DNA of 64,000 nt. Origin: a bacterium BMS3Abin02. Its GTDB lineage: Bacteria > Actinomycetota > Acidimicrobiia > Spongiisociales > UBA4744. A program made the position numbers and the translations under genes. Shown here piece by piece: positions 29,412 to 40,546 of the stretch. Where the stretch lies: contig BDSU01000040.1 in NCBI GenBank assembly GCA_002897675.1, positions 5,201 to 69,200 of the forward strand. The letters are read 5' to 3'. The notes under the pieces were generated by a model, which saw only the letters and a list, made by a program, of their open reading frames with translations, was not told where the DNA came from and searched no databases. Positions within the stretch are counted from its first letter, which is position 1. Each line of letters starts with the position of its first letter.

Positions 29412-30127
29412 TAGGAAGTACTTAGCCTTACGAGGTGGTCCTCGCAGATTCACACGGGATATCCCCCGTGCTACTTGGGAACTCCACCAGGAGATCGATA
29501 CGCCTTCGCCTACAGGGCTGTTACCTTCTGCGGCCTGTCGTTCCAGACAGGTTCAGCTAACGCTCGATTTTGTAACTCCTTGACGGGTCCGGTGTCCCGT
29601 CGGGTAGGTCCCACGACCTCGGTATGGCAACGCCACCGGGCTATTCCACCACACCGGTTTAGGCTCATTCCCTTTCGCTCGCCGCTACTCGGGAAGTCGC
29701 TCTTGCTTTCCGTTCCTCGGGGTACTGAGATGTTTCAATTCCCCCGGTTCCCTCTCTCGGCCCTATATATTCAGACCGGAGTGACCAGGCATTACCCCAG
29801 TCGGGTTTCCCCATTCGGACATCCCCGGATCGAAGCTCGCTTGACAGCTCCCCGGGGCTTTTCGCAGCCTGCCGCGTCCTTCTTCGGCTCCTAGCGCCAA
29901 GGCATCCATCGTAGACCCTTAGTAGCTTGGATAGATAGAATCCAAAACGTTATACATGCTCGCTATGCAGTTCTCAAGGTGCCGTCAAGAGAGACGATCC
30001 TCAGACCGAACTCCCTCACAACTAAACAGCGTGCCATGTTCACCTTCAAAACCGGAGTCCCTCCGGTAAACAATACTCAGTAAATCAACTAAGAGCTACG
30101 AGGCCTGAGCCTCGGGTTTGCTCCTTA

Positions 30128-31655
<1,528 letters not shown>

Positions 31656-31936
31656 CGTACAGATTCAGGCTTCCCCGAAGGGTCGCCATCACACTGTCAG
31701 AGAGGTTTCCTGCTGCATCTCGAGCTTGACATCCCGAGACGCGCTGGAGTACGTCCACCTCGAACGGCGAGCCGCCGAGATGGATTACTGACTATTTGGC
31801 ACGCTGTTTAGTTGTCAAGGAGCCCGGAGCGCTCAGACAACGTCTGGGCAGCGTTCCAACCCCTGGGGGTTTCAATTCGCCCCACCGACTCGTGTCGGCA
31901 GGCACCGACCCCGGCGGGCGACCCCCGGGGAATGGA

Positions 31937-31964
31937 ACTGTAACTGTTTCAGGATGCTTGTCAA
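31937..31964 (-). promoter_or_regulatory. Candidate rRNA operon promoter (TTGACA-N16-TACAGT)
   Basis: Minus-strand TTGACA (31964-31959) and TACAGT (31942-31937), about 280 nt upstream of the 16S 5' end. Confidence 0.35.
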
Positions 31965-32060
31965 GCCGGGCATGGAGAAGCGCCAGATCGCGACGCGTCG
32001 CCCAAGTGGCCGCGATTCCCTTCGCCGCCAGGTTTCGCCATCGGCGAGGAAACGACGAGA

Positions 32061-32927
32061 ATGGCGGGGCAAGGAGACAGTATGTTCCACATTCTTCAGG
32101 CCGAGTTCCTCGCTCCCGAGGTGAAGCGCTTCCATGTCGAGGCGCCTCGCATCGCTCGGAAACGTTTGCCAGGACAGTTCGTCATCATACGACTGGACGA
32201 ATACGGCGAACGGATCCCCTTGACGATCAGTGATGCAGATGTCACCGAGGGCTGGATCTCCCTGATCGTGCAGGCAGTCGGCAAGACAACTATGGCCCTC
32301 AACCTGCTGGAAGCGGGCGATTCGATCACCGACGTGGCCGGTCCGCTGGGCGTTCCCTCACACATCGAGAACTTCGGAACGGCCGTGTCCATCGGTGGAG
32401 GTGTGGGAACCGCCATCGCCTACCCCACCGCCGTTGCGCTCAAAGAAGCGGGAAACCACGTCATCTCCATCATCGGAGGTCGCAGCAGAGAGTATGTCAT
32501 CCTCGAAAAGGAACTCCGCGAAGCCTGCGATGAGGTCTACCCGACAACGGACGACGGCAGTTACGGATTCCACGGTTTCGTCACCGAGAAGCTACAGGAA
32601 CTCATCGACACCGGGCGGAGGATCGACCACGTCCTTGCCATCGGCCCGATTCCGATGATGAAAGCCGTGGCCAACGTAACCAGACCCTACGGCATCAAGA
32701 CGGTCGTGAGCCTGAATCCGATCATGGTGGACGGCACCGGCATGTGCGGTGGTTGTCGTGTCGGCGTCGGGGGCGAGACCAAGTTCGCGTGCGTCGATGG
32801 CCCCGAATTCGACGCTCACGAAGTGGATTTCGAACTCCTCACTCTCCGGAATCGCACGTATCTCGAGTTCGAGCGCCAGAAGCTCACCGAATTCCGGTGC
32901 AGAGCACAGAGCGGAGACATCGCATGA
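32061..32927 (+). CDS. Sulfide dehydrogenase / ferredoxin-NADP+ reductase-like subunit (FAD/NAD-binding, PyrK-like with C-terminal Cys cluster)
   Basis: 288 aa. Flavin-reductase-like fold (RLPGQFVIIRL ... GGGVGTAIAYP) and C-terminal CGGCRVGVGGETKFACVDGPEF iron-sulfur motif. The stop overlaps the next gene as ATGA. Confidence 0.75.
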   Translation: MAGQGDSMFHILQAEFLAPEVKRFHVEAPRIARKRLPGQFVIIRLDEYGERIPLTISDADVTEGWISLIVQAVGKTTMALNLLEAGDSITDVAGPLGVPSHIENFGTAVSIGGGVGTAIAYPTAVALKEAGNHVISIIGGRSREYVILEKELREACDEVYPTTDDGSYGFHGFVTEKLQELIDTGRRIDHVLAIGPIPMMKAVANVTRPYGIKTVVSLNPIMVDGTGMCGGCRVGVGGETKFACVDGPEFDAHEVDFELLTLRNRTYLEFERQKLTEFRCRAQSGDIA

Positions 32928-34381
32928 TCAGTCGGAAAGAACGGATGCAGTTGCCGAGAGTCGACATGCCCGCGCAGGATCCACTCGCGCGCATCTCCAA
33001 CTTCGGAGAAGTCAACTTGGGACTGAACGAGGCTGCGGCGGTGCTCGAAGCATCCCGCTGCCTCCTCTGTCCCGTGGCGAAATGCGAAGACGGCTGTCCC
33101 GTCAGTATCCGTATCAAGGACTTCCTCGCCGAGATGGCGGAAGGTCACTTCTCGGAAGCGATACGGCTCATCAAGGAGGACAATTCGCTCCCGGCCATCT
33201 GTGGTCGTGTGTGCCCTCAGGAGATCCAGTGCGAAGGCGCGTGTGTCCTCATCAGGAAGGGTCGTCCGATCGCGATCGGCGCACTCGAGCGCTTCCTCGC
33301 CGACTACGAACGCGAGCATGCTCCTCCCAAGAAACAGCGCACGTTCTCACCGTCCGGCAAACGCGTCGCGATCGTCGGTAGCGGGCCCGCGGGACTCGCG
33401 TGTGCAGCCGACCTGATACAGGCGGGTCACCAGGTAACCGTTTTCGAAGCCCTGCACGAGCTCGGCGGCGTGCTCGTCTACGGCATCCCCGAATACCGCC
33501 TCCCAAAAGAGATCGTTCGTGTCGAGATCCAGCAGCTCGAGGACATGGGAGTCGAGTTCCGCACGGACGAGGTGATCGGCATGATCGACACGCTCGACGA
33601 CCTCCTCGACGAAGAGGGGTATGACGCCGTGTTCCTGGGCGTGGGAGCAGGTCTTCCTCGCTTCATGGGCATCCCGGGCGAGAACCTCGTTGGCGTCTAC
33701 TCGGCCAACGAGTACCTCACCCGCGTCAACTTGATGAAGGCGTACCTCCCGGAGTCGGACACACCGGTACTCGACGTGCGCGGGAAGCCGGTCGCTGTCG
33801 TCGGCGGAGGCAATACCGCCATGGATGCCGTGCGCACCCCGCTGCGACTCGGTGCCGCCAAGGCGTCGATCGTCTACCGCCGGTCCGAGGAAGAGATGCC
33901 CGCTCGACAAGAAGAGGTCGAGCACGCCAAGGAGGAAGGTGTCGATTTCGTCCTGCTGTCTGCCCCGGTGGAGATATTCGGTGATGAGAGTGCCCGCGTC
34001 ACCGGGATGCGCATTCAGAAGATGGAGTTGGGGGAACCCGATGAGAGTGGCAGACGTCGGCCCGTGCCCATCGAGGGCAGCGAATACGATATGCCCGTCG
34101 AGATCGTCATCATGGCGATCGGTAACGCCCCAAATCCCCTCTTGCTCAAGACGGCCCCCGACCTCGAGCAAACACGTCGTGGGACCATCGTTGTCGACGA
34201 GTCCACCGGACGGACCACCAAACGCGGGGTCTTTGCCGGCGGTGACATCGTGACCGGTGGCGCAACCGTGATCCTTGCCATGGGAGCCGGTCGGAAGGCG
34301 GCGCAATCCATCAGCGAGTATCTGGAGACGGGCGTATGGGAGATCGAAGAGGCGGAACCTGAGCCATCACCCGCGACGTAG
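32924..34381 (+). CDS. Glutamate synthase small-subunit-like NAD(P)H oxidoreductase (GltD/SudA family)
   Basis: N-terminal 4Fe-4S Cys motifs (CLLCPVAKCEDGCP, CGRVCPQEIQCEGAC), then two dinucleotide-binding folds (VAIVGSGPAGLACA; VAVVGGGNTAMD). The start was set at MISRKERMQ. Confidence 0.85.
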   Translation: MISRKERMQLPRVDMPAQDPLARISNFGEVNLGLNEAAAVLEASRCLLCPVAKCEDGCPVSIRIKDFLAEMAEGHFSEAIRLIKEDNSLPAICGRVCPQEIQCEGACVLIRKGRPIAIGALERFLADYEREHAPPKKQRTFSPSGKRVAIVGSGPAGLACAADLIQAGHQVTVFEALHELGGVLVYGIPEYRLPKEIVRVEIQQLEDMGVEFRTDEVIGMIDTLDDLLDEEGYDAVFLGVGAGLPRFMGIPGENLVGVYSANEYLTRVNLMKAYLPESDTPVLDVRGKPVAVVGGGNTAMDAVRTPLRLGAAKASIVYRRSEEEMPARQEEVEHAKEEGVDFVLLSAPVEIFGDESARVTGMRIQKMELGEPDESGRRRPVPIEGSEYDMPVEIVIMAIGNAPNPLLLKTAPDLEQTRRGTIVVDESTGRTTKRGVFAGGDIVTGGATVILAMGAGRKAAQSISEYLETGVWEIEEAEPEPSPAT

Positions 34382-34501
34382 ATGTCTCGGTCACCTCGAG
34401 CGTCACCCATGTGGCGCTCCCGGCTCGAATCGGCTGCGCCGGATAGACGTGCCACCGCCCGAGGCGTACCTTCGGGCACTGCTCGAGGAAGCGTCGATGC
34501 T

Positions 34502-35359
34502 TTACGAAAGCTCGAGCAGATCCCGTAGATCCCAGAAGGCTGTCCATGCGGCCTCATGCCATCGCAGACGATCTTGTGCAACTCCGGCGCCATAGGACGC
34601 CAGGACCTCCCGACGTTCGTCTCCGGCCACGCATCGGTCTGCGCAAAGCAGATGGCCCAGATCCCACACCGGATCTCCCAGGGCCAGCAGGTCCCAATCG
34701 ATGACCACGACACCGCCGTCCACGGCCAGGAGGTTTCGTGAGAAGAAATCCCCGTGAACGAGTGTGGGACTCGAACAATCGGGCTCTTCGGATGCGAGGA
34801 CCCCCCTGGCCTCTTGGGCCAGATCGGCTCGTTCGAGATGCCAGCCTGGATGCCGTAGATTCAGCTGCCCGGAATACTCGGCGATGCCCCGAACGATTCG
34901 ATCTCTATTCGGACGCGAACGCCTCACCAGCGTCTGCAGGTCGCCCGAAAGATCCGAGGGACGGATCCGATGCAGCCGCGACAAGGCCCCGGCTGCACGG
35001 AGTCGGGCAGAATGTGCCCAATCTCCGCCGCCAACCGTCTCGGAGACGATGGCAGCTTCGCCTCCGGACGCCTTCATGCCGATCACCTGCGGCACACGAA
35101 TGCCAAAGCGTGGGACTTCGACGAGTGCCAGACTGTGTTTCCTCGCCGTATCGATCGGGCCAAGACCGGAGTAATCGTCCATACCACGCTTGTAGATCTT
35201 GATGTGAAGATCCTTCTCACCGGCGCGGGTACGGACCCGACAGCGAGCCACACTGCATCCGCTACCCCCACCCACCTGGACCATGGCCGTTACGTCGCAT
35301 CTTGGATCGACGATCTGTCGAAACCAGGCCTGGACGTCGGCCATCGTCCCGGCGTTCAC
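34502..35359 (-). CDS. Phosphotransferase-family protein (APH/choline-kinase-like)
   Basis: Brenner motif VHGDFFSRNLL and DWDLLALGDPVWDL are typical of aminoglycoside-phosphotransferase-fold kinases. Confidence 0.7.
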   Translation of the reverse strand: MNAGTMADVQAWFRQIVDPRCDVTAMVQVGGGSGCSVARCRVRTRAGEKDLHIKIYKRGMDDYSGLGPIDTARKHSLALVEVPRFGIRVPQVIGMKASGGEAAIVSETVGGGDWAHSARLRAAGALSRLHRIRPSDLSGDLQTLVRRSRPNRDRIVRGIAEYSGQLNLRHPGWHLERADLAQEARGVLASEEPDCSSPTLVHGDFFSRNLLAVDGGVVVIDWDLLALGDPVWDLGHLLCADRCVAGDERREVLASYGAGVAQDRLRWHEAAWTAFWDLRDLLELS

Positions 35360-36534
35360 TCGATCAACCGGACGAAACGCCGCTTTCCGACTTGGAGGAC
35401 CCTCTGGCGCAGCGTGGCATGGGGAACCTCGAACGTGCCTATCCGCTCGCCGTCGATCTTGACAGCTCCCCCATCGATCAACCGTCTCGCCTCCGACGCC
35501 GAAGCCACGAGCCCCGCAGATCGCAAGAGAGAGGGAAGATAGACGGGGTCTTCTCCCGGTAGCCGGAATTCGAGAGTGTCTTGCGGCGCTTCGTGCCGTT
35601 TGAACACCTGATCGAAAGCCGCCTCCGCCGCCAGGGCTTCGTCGGCTCCCCAGTAGATCTTCACGATCTCGGATCCGAGACGCCGCTTGGTTTCACCCGG
35701 ATGCAAAGAGCCGTCGGACAGGCCTTTGGCGATGTCGGCGACATCCGCCTCCGAGACGTCCGTGCAAAGCTCGAAGTAGGAGACGAGCAGTTCGTCGGGG
35801 ATGCTCATGATCTTGCCGAACATCTCGGCGGGTGCATCATCGATCGCGATGTAGTTGCCCAGCGACTGGGACATCTTGTGAACACCGTCGGTGCCGACAA
35901 GCAGGGGCATCGTCATCGGAATCTGCGGATCCTGACCGGCGCGCTCCTGAAGTACCCGCCCCACCATCAGGTTCCAGAGCTGGTCCGATCCCCCGAGCTC
36001 GATATCTGCCCTGACCGCCACCGAGTCCATGCCTTGCAGGAGGGGATAGACGAACTCCATGAGCGTGATCGGTTGTCTTGCCGCATACCGCTTGGCAAAG
36101 TCGCCGCGCTCGAGCATCTGTGCGACCGTGACCTGAGAGGTGAGCTCGAGGATCGCTTCCATGTCGAGGTTCGCGAGCCACTCCGAGTTGTGGCGGATCT
36201 CCAACGGTTCCGGAAGCAGGATCTTGCGGAATCCGGCCAGCACGCGCTCTGCGTACGCGCCGACCTCATCGGCCGACAGTCTCCGTCGAGTTTCACTCTT
36301 GCCGGAAGGATCGCCGACCTGAGCGGTGAAATCCCCGATGATCAACACTGCGATGTGGCCGTGTTCCTGAAACTGGCGAAGCTTCCGTAGGACCACCGCC
36401 CAACCGAGGGTAACCGCCGGAGCGGTGGGATCGAGGCCGAGTTTCACTCTGAGCGGCCGTTTCGATGCCAGGCGGCTCGCGAGGGCCTCCTCGGTCACCA
36501 CCCGTTCCGTTCCTCGCAGCAGTACGTCGAGCAT
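35356..36534 (-). CDS. tyrS: Tyrosine--tRNA ligase
   Basis: HIGH-type motif (HIAVLIIGDF / HIGH-like) and KMSKS motif (KMSQS). C-terminal S4-like domain. 392 aa. Confidence 0.9.
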   Translation of the reverse strand: MLDVLLRGTERVVTEEALASRLASKRPLRVKLGLDPTAPAVTLGWAVVLRKLRQFQEHGHIAVLIIGDFTAQVGDPSGKSETRRRLSADEVGAYAERVLAGFRKILLPEPLEIRHNSEWLANLDMEAILELTSQVTVAQMLERGDFAKRYAARQPITLMEFVYPLLQGMDSVAVRADIELGGSDQLWNLMVGRVLQERAGQDPQIPMTMPLLVGTDGVHKMSQSLGNYIAIDDAPAEMFGKIMSIPDELLVSYFELCTDVSEADVADIAKGLSDGSLHPGETKRRLGSEIVKIYWGADEALAAEAAFDQVFKRHEAPQDTLEFRLPGEDPVYLPSLLRSAGLVASASEARRLIDGGAVKIDGERIGTFEVPHATLRQRVLQVGKRRFVRLIE

Positions 36535-36678
36535 CTATCCTCCTTCGAAAGGGCAGGTTAGTGGCCCGGGCCCCTACCCACTCGCACCAAATCCGTGGCT
36601 TCGCGTGGCATCTCGGTACCCTGGCTCTCACATGGTGTGTCGTCCTCAAAACCCGCCGTGGCCGATGGACGACCAAGG

Positions 36679-39069
36679 ATGGCTATGAAGCGTTGGTTGC
36701 TACTCCTTGCAGGCTTTGCGCTGCTCGCAGCGTCATGCCGGCTGGAACCCATCGATGATCCCGGGTTGGGCACACGGGGCTTGACCACGATCGTCTATGC
36801 CTCCGATGGCTCCGTGCTCGCCCAGTGGCATGCAGAGGAAGACCGGGCACTTGTCGGTTATGACGAGCTACCCCGCTCTCTCATCGATGCAGTCGTCGCC
36901 ATCGAAGATGAACGGTACTGGGAACACGCCGGTGTCGATCTTCACGCCCTGGCTCGTGCCATTGTCGCAAACCTCGACGCGGGCGGCGTTGTACAAGGCG
37001 CCTCCACCATCACGCAGCAATACCTGAAGAATGTCGTGCTCACTCCCGAAGTCACCCTCGACCGCAAGCTCACCGAGGCCGCCCTCGCCCTGCGCCTCGA
37101 AGAAGGGCTCACGAAGGAGCAGATCCTCGAGCGCTACCTCAACACCGTCTACTTCGGTGATGGTGCCTACGGCGTCGGTACGGCGACGGCACATTTCTTT
37201 GGCAAAGCCCCGGCAGACCTCACCGTGGGCGAGGCTGCTCTCCTCGCCGGACTCATTCGGTCGCCATCCGACACCGATCCCTATCGGCACCCCGATGCCG
37301 CCCTACGGCGTCGCAGGGTCGTCCTCAACAAGATGGTCGAACTGGGTTGGCTCAGTCCCGAAGATGCGGAGACTGCCGACCAGGAGCCTCTGATCCTCCG
37401 ACCGCGTGATCGCAGCAACGAAGATCGCTACCCGTACTTCACCGAAGAGGTGAAGCGACGCCTCCTCGACGACCCGAGCCTCGGAGCGACTCCTCAGGAC
37501 CGATACAACGCGCTCTTCAGAGGTGGCCTGCGCATCTACACGACCATCGATCCAGTGGCGCAGGAGGCGGCGCGAGCTGCCGTGGCGTCGGTGATCGAGG
37601 GGGCCAACCCGTCTGCCGCACTGGCTGCCGTGGACCCCCGCACCGGCCATGTGCTGGCGTTGGTCGGCGGTCGGGACTTCTACGACCCGACTGACCCGCA
37701 CGCCCAGTTCAATCTCGCAGTTCAGGCCCGCCGCCAACCCGGTTCTTCGTTCAAGCCCTTTGTGTTGGCGGCTGCCCTCGAGCAAGGCTTCACGCTCGAT
37801 TCGGTGTTCCAGGGCGGTCGGTCGATAACGATCGAGACCGACTCCGGGCCTTGGCTCGTGGAGAACTACAACGACGCCGTGTTTCCGAATCTGACGCTGC
37901 TCGAAGGCACCGTATACAGCGTCAACGTGGTCTATGCGCAAGTCGTCGACGCGATTGGCGCTCAGCATGTCGTCGACGTCGCCAAGGCGGCAGGTATCAC
38001 AACAGACCTCCGGCCGTTCCCCGCCATCGCCCTCGGAGCTCAAGAGGTCACCCCACTGGACATGGCCTCTGCGTATGGAACGTTCGCCGCCGACGGCATC
38101 CATGTCGATCCGATTTTCGTCACCGCCATCGAGACACACGATGGCGTGAATATCTGGGAAGCAATTCCGATCGTCACTCAGGCGATGAGCAAGGACGTGG
38201 CACAGTCCGTCACCGCGGCACTCACAGAGACGGTTCGCCGCGGCACAGGCCAGCAGGCGAAGATCGGACGACCGATCGCCGGCAAGACCGGAACCTCGCA
38301 AGAGCACCGTGATGCGTGGTTCGTCGGGTACACGCCGGAACTCTCTGCAGCCATATGGGTCGGCTTTGCAGAAGGTCAGGTTTCCATGGAGCCCCCGACG
38401 ACTCCCTTCACGATCACCGGGGGGTCCTGGCCGGCGCAGATCTGGGCGCGTTTCGCGTCCGGGGCGCTCGCGGGCACTCCGTATGGCCAGCTCGCCGAGG
38501 CCGACACGGAAGGCATGGTCACGGTGGAAGTCGACCTCTCGACGGGTTTCCTCGCCGGCCCGTACTGCCCCAGGTCTCATGTCGCTCGCATTCGCGTCCC
38601 GGCCGATCAGGTCCCGACAGTGGTATGTCCGGTCCACAATCCCGCCGGCGTGGTCCAAGCGGGCGCTGCGACCGTTCCCGACGTGATCGGACTCGACCTC
38701 GGGTCCGCCGTCGAGGCGTTGACGACTGCCGGCTTCACCAACCGCATCGTTTGGACCGATGGCGGGGCTCTTGCCCAAGGGACGGTGTTCAATCAGAGCC
38801 CATCCGCCGGCTTCCCTGCTCAGGCGGGAAGCCGGATTCGCATCGTCGTCGCGGGCCCGGAGCCCGGATCGGTCATCCCATCGCTGCTCGGTTTTCCCGT
38901 GGGTCAGGCGGTTGCGGAACTGCAAGCGATTGGCGCTGCAGTGAGAATCGTCACCGAGCCAGAAGCGAATCCTGACGATGCAGCCCGGCGAACTGGAGTC
39001 GTGTGGAAGCAGGAACCCGTCCCCGGCACGTCCGCCGGTCAACCGGTCACGCTGTGGGCCAACCCTTGA
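36679..39069 (+). CDS. Class A penicillin-binding protein (transglycosylase plus transpeptidase) with C-terminal PASTA domains
   Basis: Signal/TM MAMKRWLLLLAGFALLAAS. GT51 motifs (EDERYWEHAGVD, TITQQY). Transpeptidase SxxK (SSFKP), SxN, KTGT. Two PASTA-like repeats (VPDVIGLDLGSAVEAL...; IPSLLGFPVGQAVAEL...). Confidence 0.85.
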   Translation: MAMKRWLLLLAGFALLAASCRLEPIDDPGLGTRGLTTIVYASDGSVLAQWHAEEDRALVGYDELPRSLIDAVVAIEDERYWEHAGVDLHALARAIVANLDAGGVVQGASTITQQYLKNVVLTPEVTLDRKLTEAALALRLEEGLTKEQILERYLNTVYFGDGAYGVGTATAHFFGKAPADLTVGEAALLAGLIRSPSDTDPYRHPDAALRRRRVVLNKMVELGWLSPEDAETADQEPLILRPRDRSNEDRYPYFTEEVKRRLLDDPSLGATPQDRYNALFRGGLRIYTTIDPVAQEAARAAVASVIEGANPSAALAAVDPRTGHVLALVGGRDFYDPTDPHAQFNLAVQARRQPGSSFKPFVLAAALEQGFTLDSVFQGGRSITIETDSGPWLVENYNDAVFPNLTLLEGTVYSVNVVYAQVVDAIGAQHVVDVAKAAGITTDLRPFPAIALGAQEVTPLDMASAYGTFAADGIHVDPIFVTAIETHDGVNIWEAIPIVTQAMSKDVAQSVTAALTETVRRGTGQQAKIGRPIAGKTGTSQEHRDAWFVGYTPELSAAIWVGFAEGQVSMEPPTTPFTITGGSWPAQIWARFASGALAGTPYGQLAEADTEGMVTVEVDLSTGFLAGPYCPRSHVARIRVPADQVPTVVCPVHNPAGVVQAGAATVPDVIGLDLGSAVEALTTAGFTNRIVWTDGGALAQGTVFNQSPSAGFPAQAGSRIRIVVAGPEPGSVIPSLLGFPVGQAVAELQAIGAAVRIVTEPEANPDDAARRTGVVWKQEPVPGTSAGQPVTLWANP

Positions 39070-39111
39070 CCCGTTCTCGTGACGTTTCGATAGGACTATT
39101 CCCTCGAAGCG

Positions 39112-39657
39112 TCACGAGGACGGGATGATCGTGAAGCGCCACGGTCGCTCCTTCTCCCTGCTGATCCCGACGCGGCCTCCGGCCAACACGGTCTGCGACG
39201 GGGGGACTGCAGGCACGTGCAGTCTCACGGGCCCTTCGAACAGGCTCGTCCCATTCTGATTCCCGGTGATCCCCAACGCCTGGCAGAGCTTCCCGGGGCC
39301 GTCACACAGATGGTCCGTCCTTCCCCGGCGTCGCTGCATCGTCTCTTCCCCTTCTGTCGGCACACCGGCTCTGAGCAGGACCGCCTCCCCCGTTCCCACC
39401 GCCCCCGTGACCACGTTGGCACACCAGTGCACACCGTAGGATCGGTACACGTAGAGCGTGCCCGCGGGGCCGAACATCGCTCTGTTGCGCTCGTTGACAC
39501 CCCCGAAGGCGTGGCTGGCCGGGTCGTCGCCTCCACCGTACGCCTCCACTTCGGTGAGCATCACTTCTGTGAGGACACCGGCGAACTCGGTCCGGAGTCG
39601 CGCGCCGAGCAGCCGTTTCGCGACCTCCTCAACCGGACCTTCGGGCAGGGAGGTCAC
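39112..39657 (-). CDS. mpg: DNA-3-methyladenine glycosylase (Mpg/AAG family)
   Basis: 181 aa. Motifs RIVEVEAYGG-like (MLTEVEAYGGGDDPASHAF) and TGNQNG are typical of the family. Confidence 0.85.
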   Translation of the reverse strand: MTSLPEGPVEEVAKRLLGARLRTEFAGVLTEVMLTEVEAYGGGDDPASHAFGGVNERNRAMFGPAGTLYVYRSYGVHWCANVVTGAVGTGEAVLLRAGVPTEGEETMQRRRGRTDHLCDGPGKLCQALGITGNQNGTSLFEGPVRLHVPAVPPSQTVLAGGRVGISREKERPWRFTIIPSS

Positions 39658-40544
39658 TCGAACAGGTGCAGAAGCAAGGCTTTGAACGTGTGCAACCGAT
39701 TCTCCGCCTGATCGAATACCCGAGATCGATCGTGGTCGAGGACCGCGTCGGTGACTTCACTCCCCCGGTGTGCCGGCAAACAGTGCAGGAAGATTGCGTC
39801 TTCTCCCGCCTGGTCGAAGAGAGCGAGATCGACACGATACGGTGAGAACACACGGTTGCGCTCCTGCGCTTCCGCCTCCTGACCCATCGATGCCCAGACG
39901 TCCGTGTAGACGACGTCGGCACCTCGCACCGCTTCCTCGGCGTCGTTGGTGACCAACACGTCACCGAACGATTCGGCCTTCGCGACATACTCGGGATCAG
40001 GCTCGTATCCAACAGGTGTGGCAATACGAACCTTCATCTCCATCATCGCGGCACCGACCATCAATGAATGAACGACGTTGTTCCCATCGCCAACGTAGGC
40101 GAGCGTCGTGCCGGCCATGGGTCGGTCCTCGGCGATGGTCTGTAGATCTGCCAGGGCCTGGCATGGATGCTCCACGTCCGAGAGCAGGTTGACCACGGGA
40201 GCTTGCGCCTGCTCGGCGACTTCGACCAGGTCGGAATGCTTGAACACTCGCATGGCGATCACGTCCAGATACCGATCCAGAACGGCTGCGACGTCCTTGA
40301 CGGCCTCGCGGCTGCCGAAACCGACTTCCTGTTGACCGAGTACGACAGGAATGGCACCCAGCTGAGCCGATGCCAGCTCCGTCGAGACACGGGTGCGCGT
40401 CGACGGCTTCTGGAAGAACAAGCCGACGGATCGTCCTGTCAGGCGTCCGGCCACGGCGGACGGATCACGGCGGACGGATTCGGCGCGGGCCAGCACGGCG
40501 CGCAGTTGATCTGGTTTCAGGTCGTCGATACGCAGAAAGTCCAT
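39654..40544 (-). CDS. argF: Ornithine carbamoyltransferase
   Basis: STRTR carbamoyl-phosphate motif, HPCQ and HCLP ornithine-site motifs. 296 aa. Confidence 0.85.
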   Translation of the reverse strand: MDFLRIDDLKPDQLRAVLARAESVRRDPSAVAGRLTGRSVGLFFQKPSTRTRVSTELASAQLGAIPVVLGQQEVGFGSREAVKDVAAVLDRYLDVIAMRVFKHSDLVEVAEQAQAPVVNLLSDVEHPCQALADLQTIAEDRPMAGTTLAYVGDGNNVVHSLMVGAAMMEMKVRIATPVGYEPDPEYVAKAESFGDVLVTNDAEEAVRGADVVYTDVWASMGQEAEAQERNRVFSPYRVDLALFDQAGEDAIFLHCLPAHRGSEVTDAVLDHDRSRVFDQAENRLHTFKALLLHLFE

Positions 40545-40546
40545 GG

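Noticed and set aside
29936-30127. 16S-23S ITS checked for tRNA-Ile/tRNA-Ala genes
   Set aside because: No T-loop (GTTCGAATC-like) or cloverleaf-compatible sequence. Absence of ITS tRNAs is normal for actinobacteria.
36535-36678. Possible T-box leader upstream of tyrS
   Set aside because: Only about 140 nt are available. No specifier/antiterminator (T-box UGGN…ACC) sequence was recognisable. Divergent promoter region with the PBP gene.
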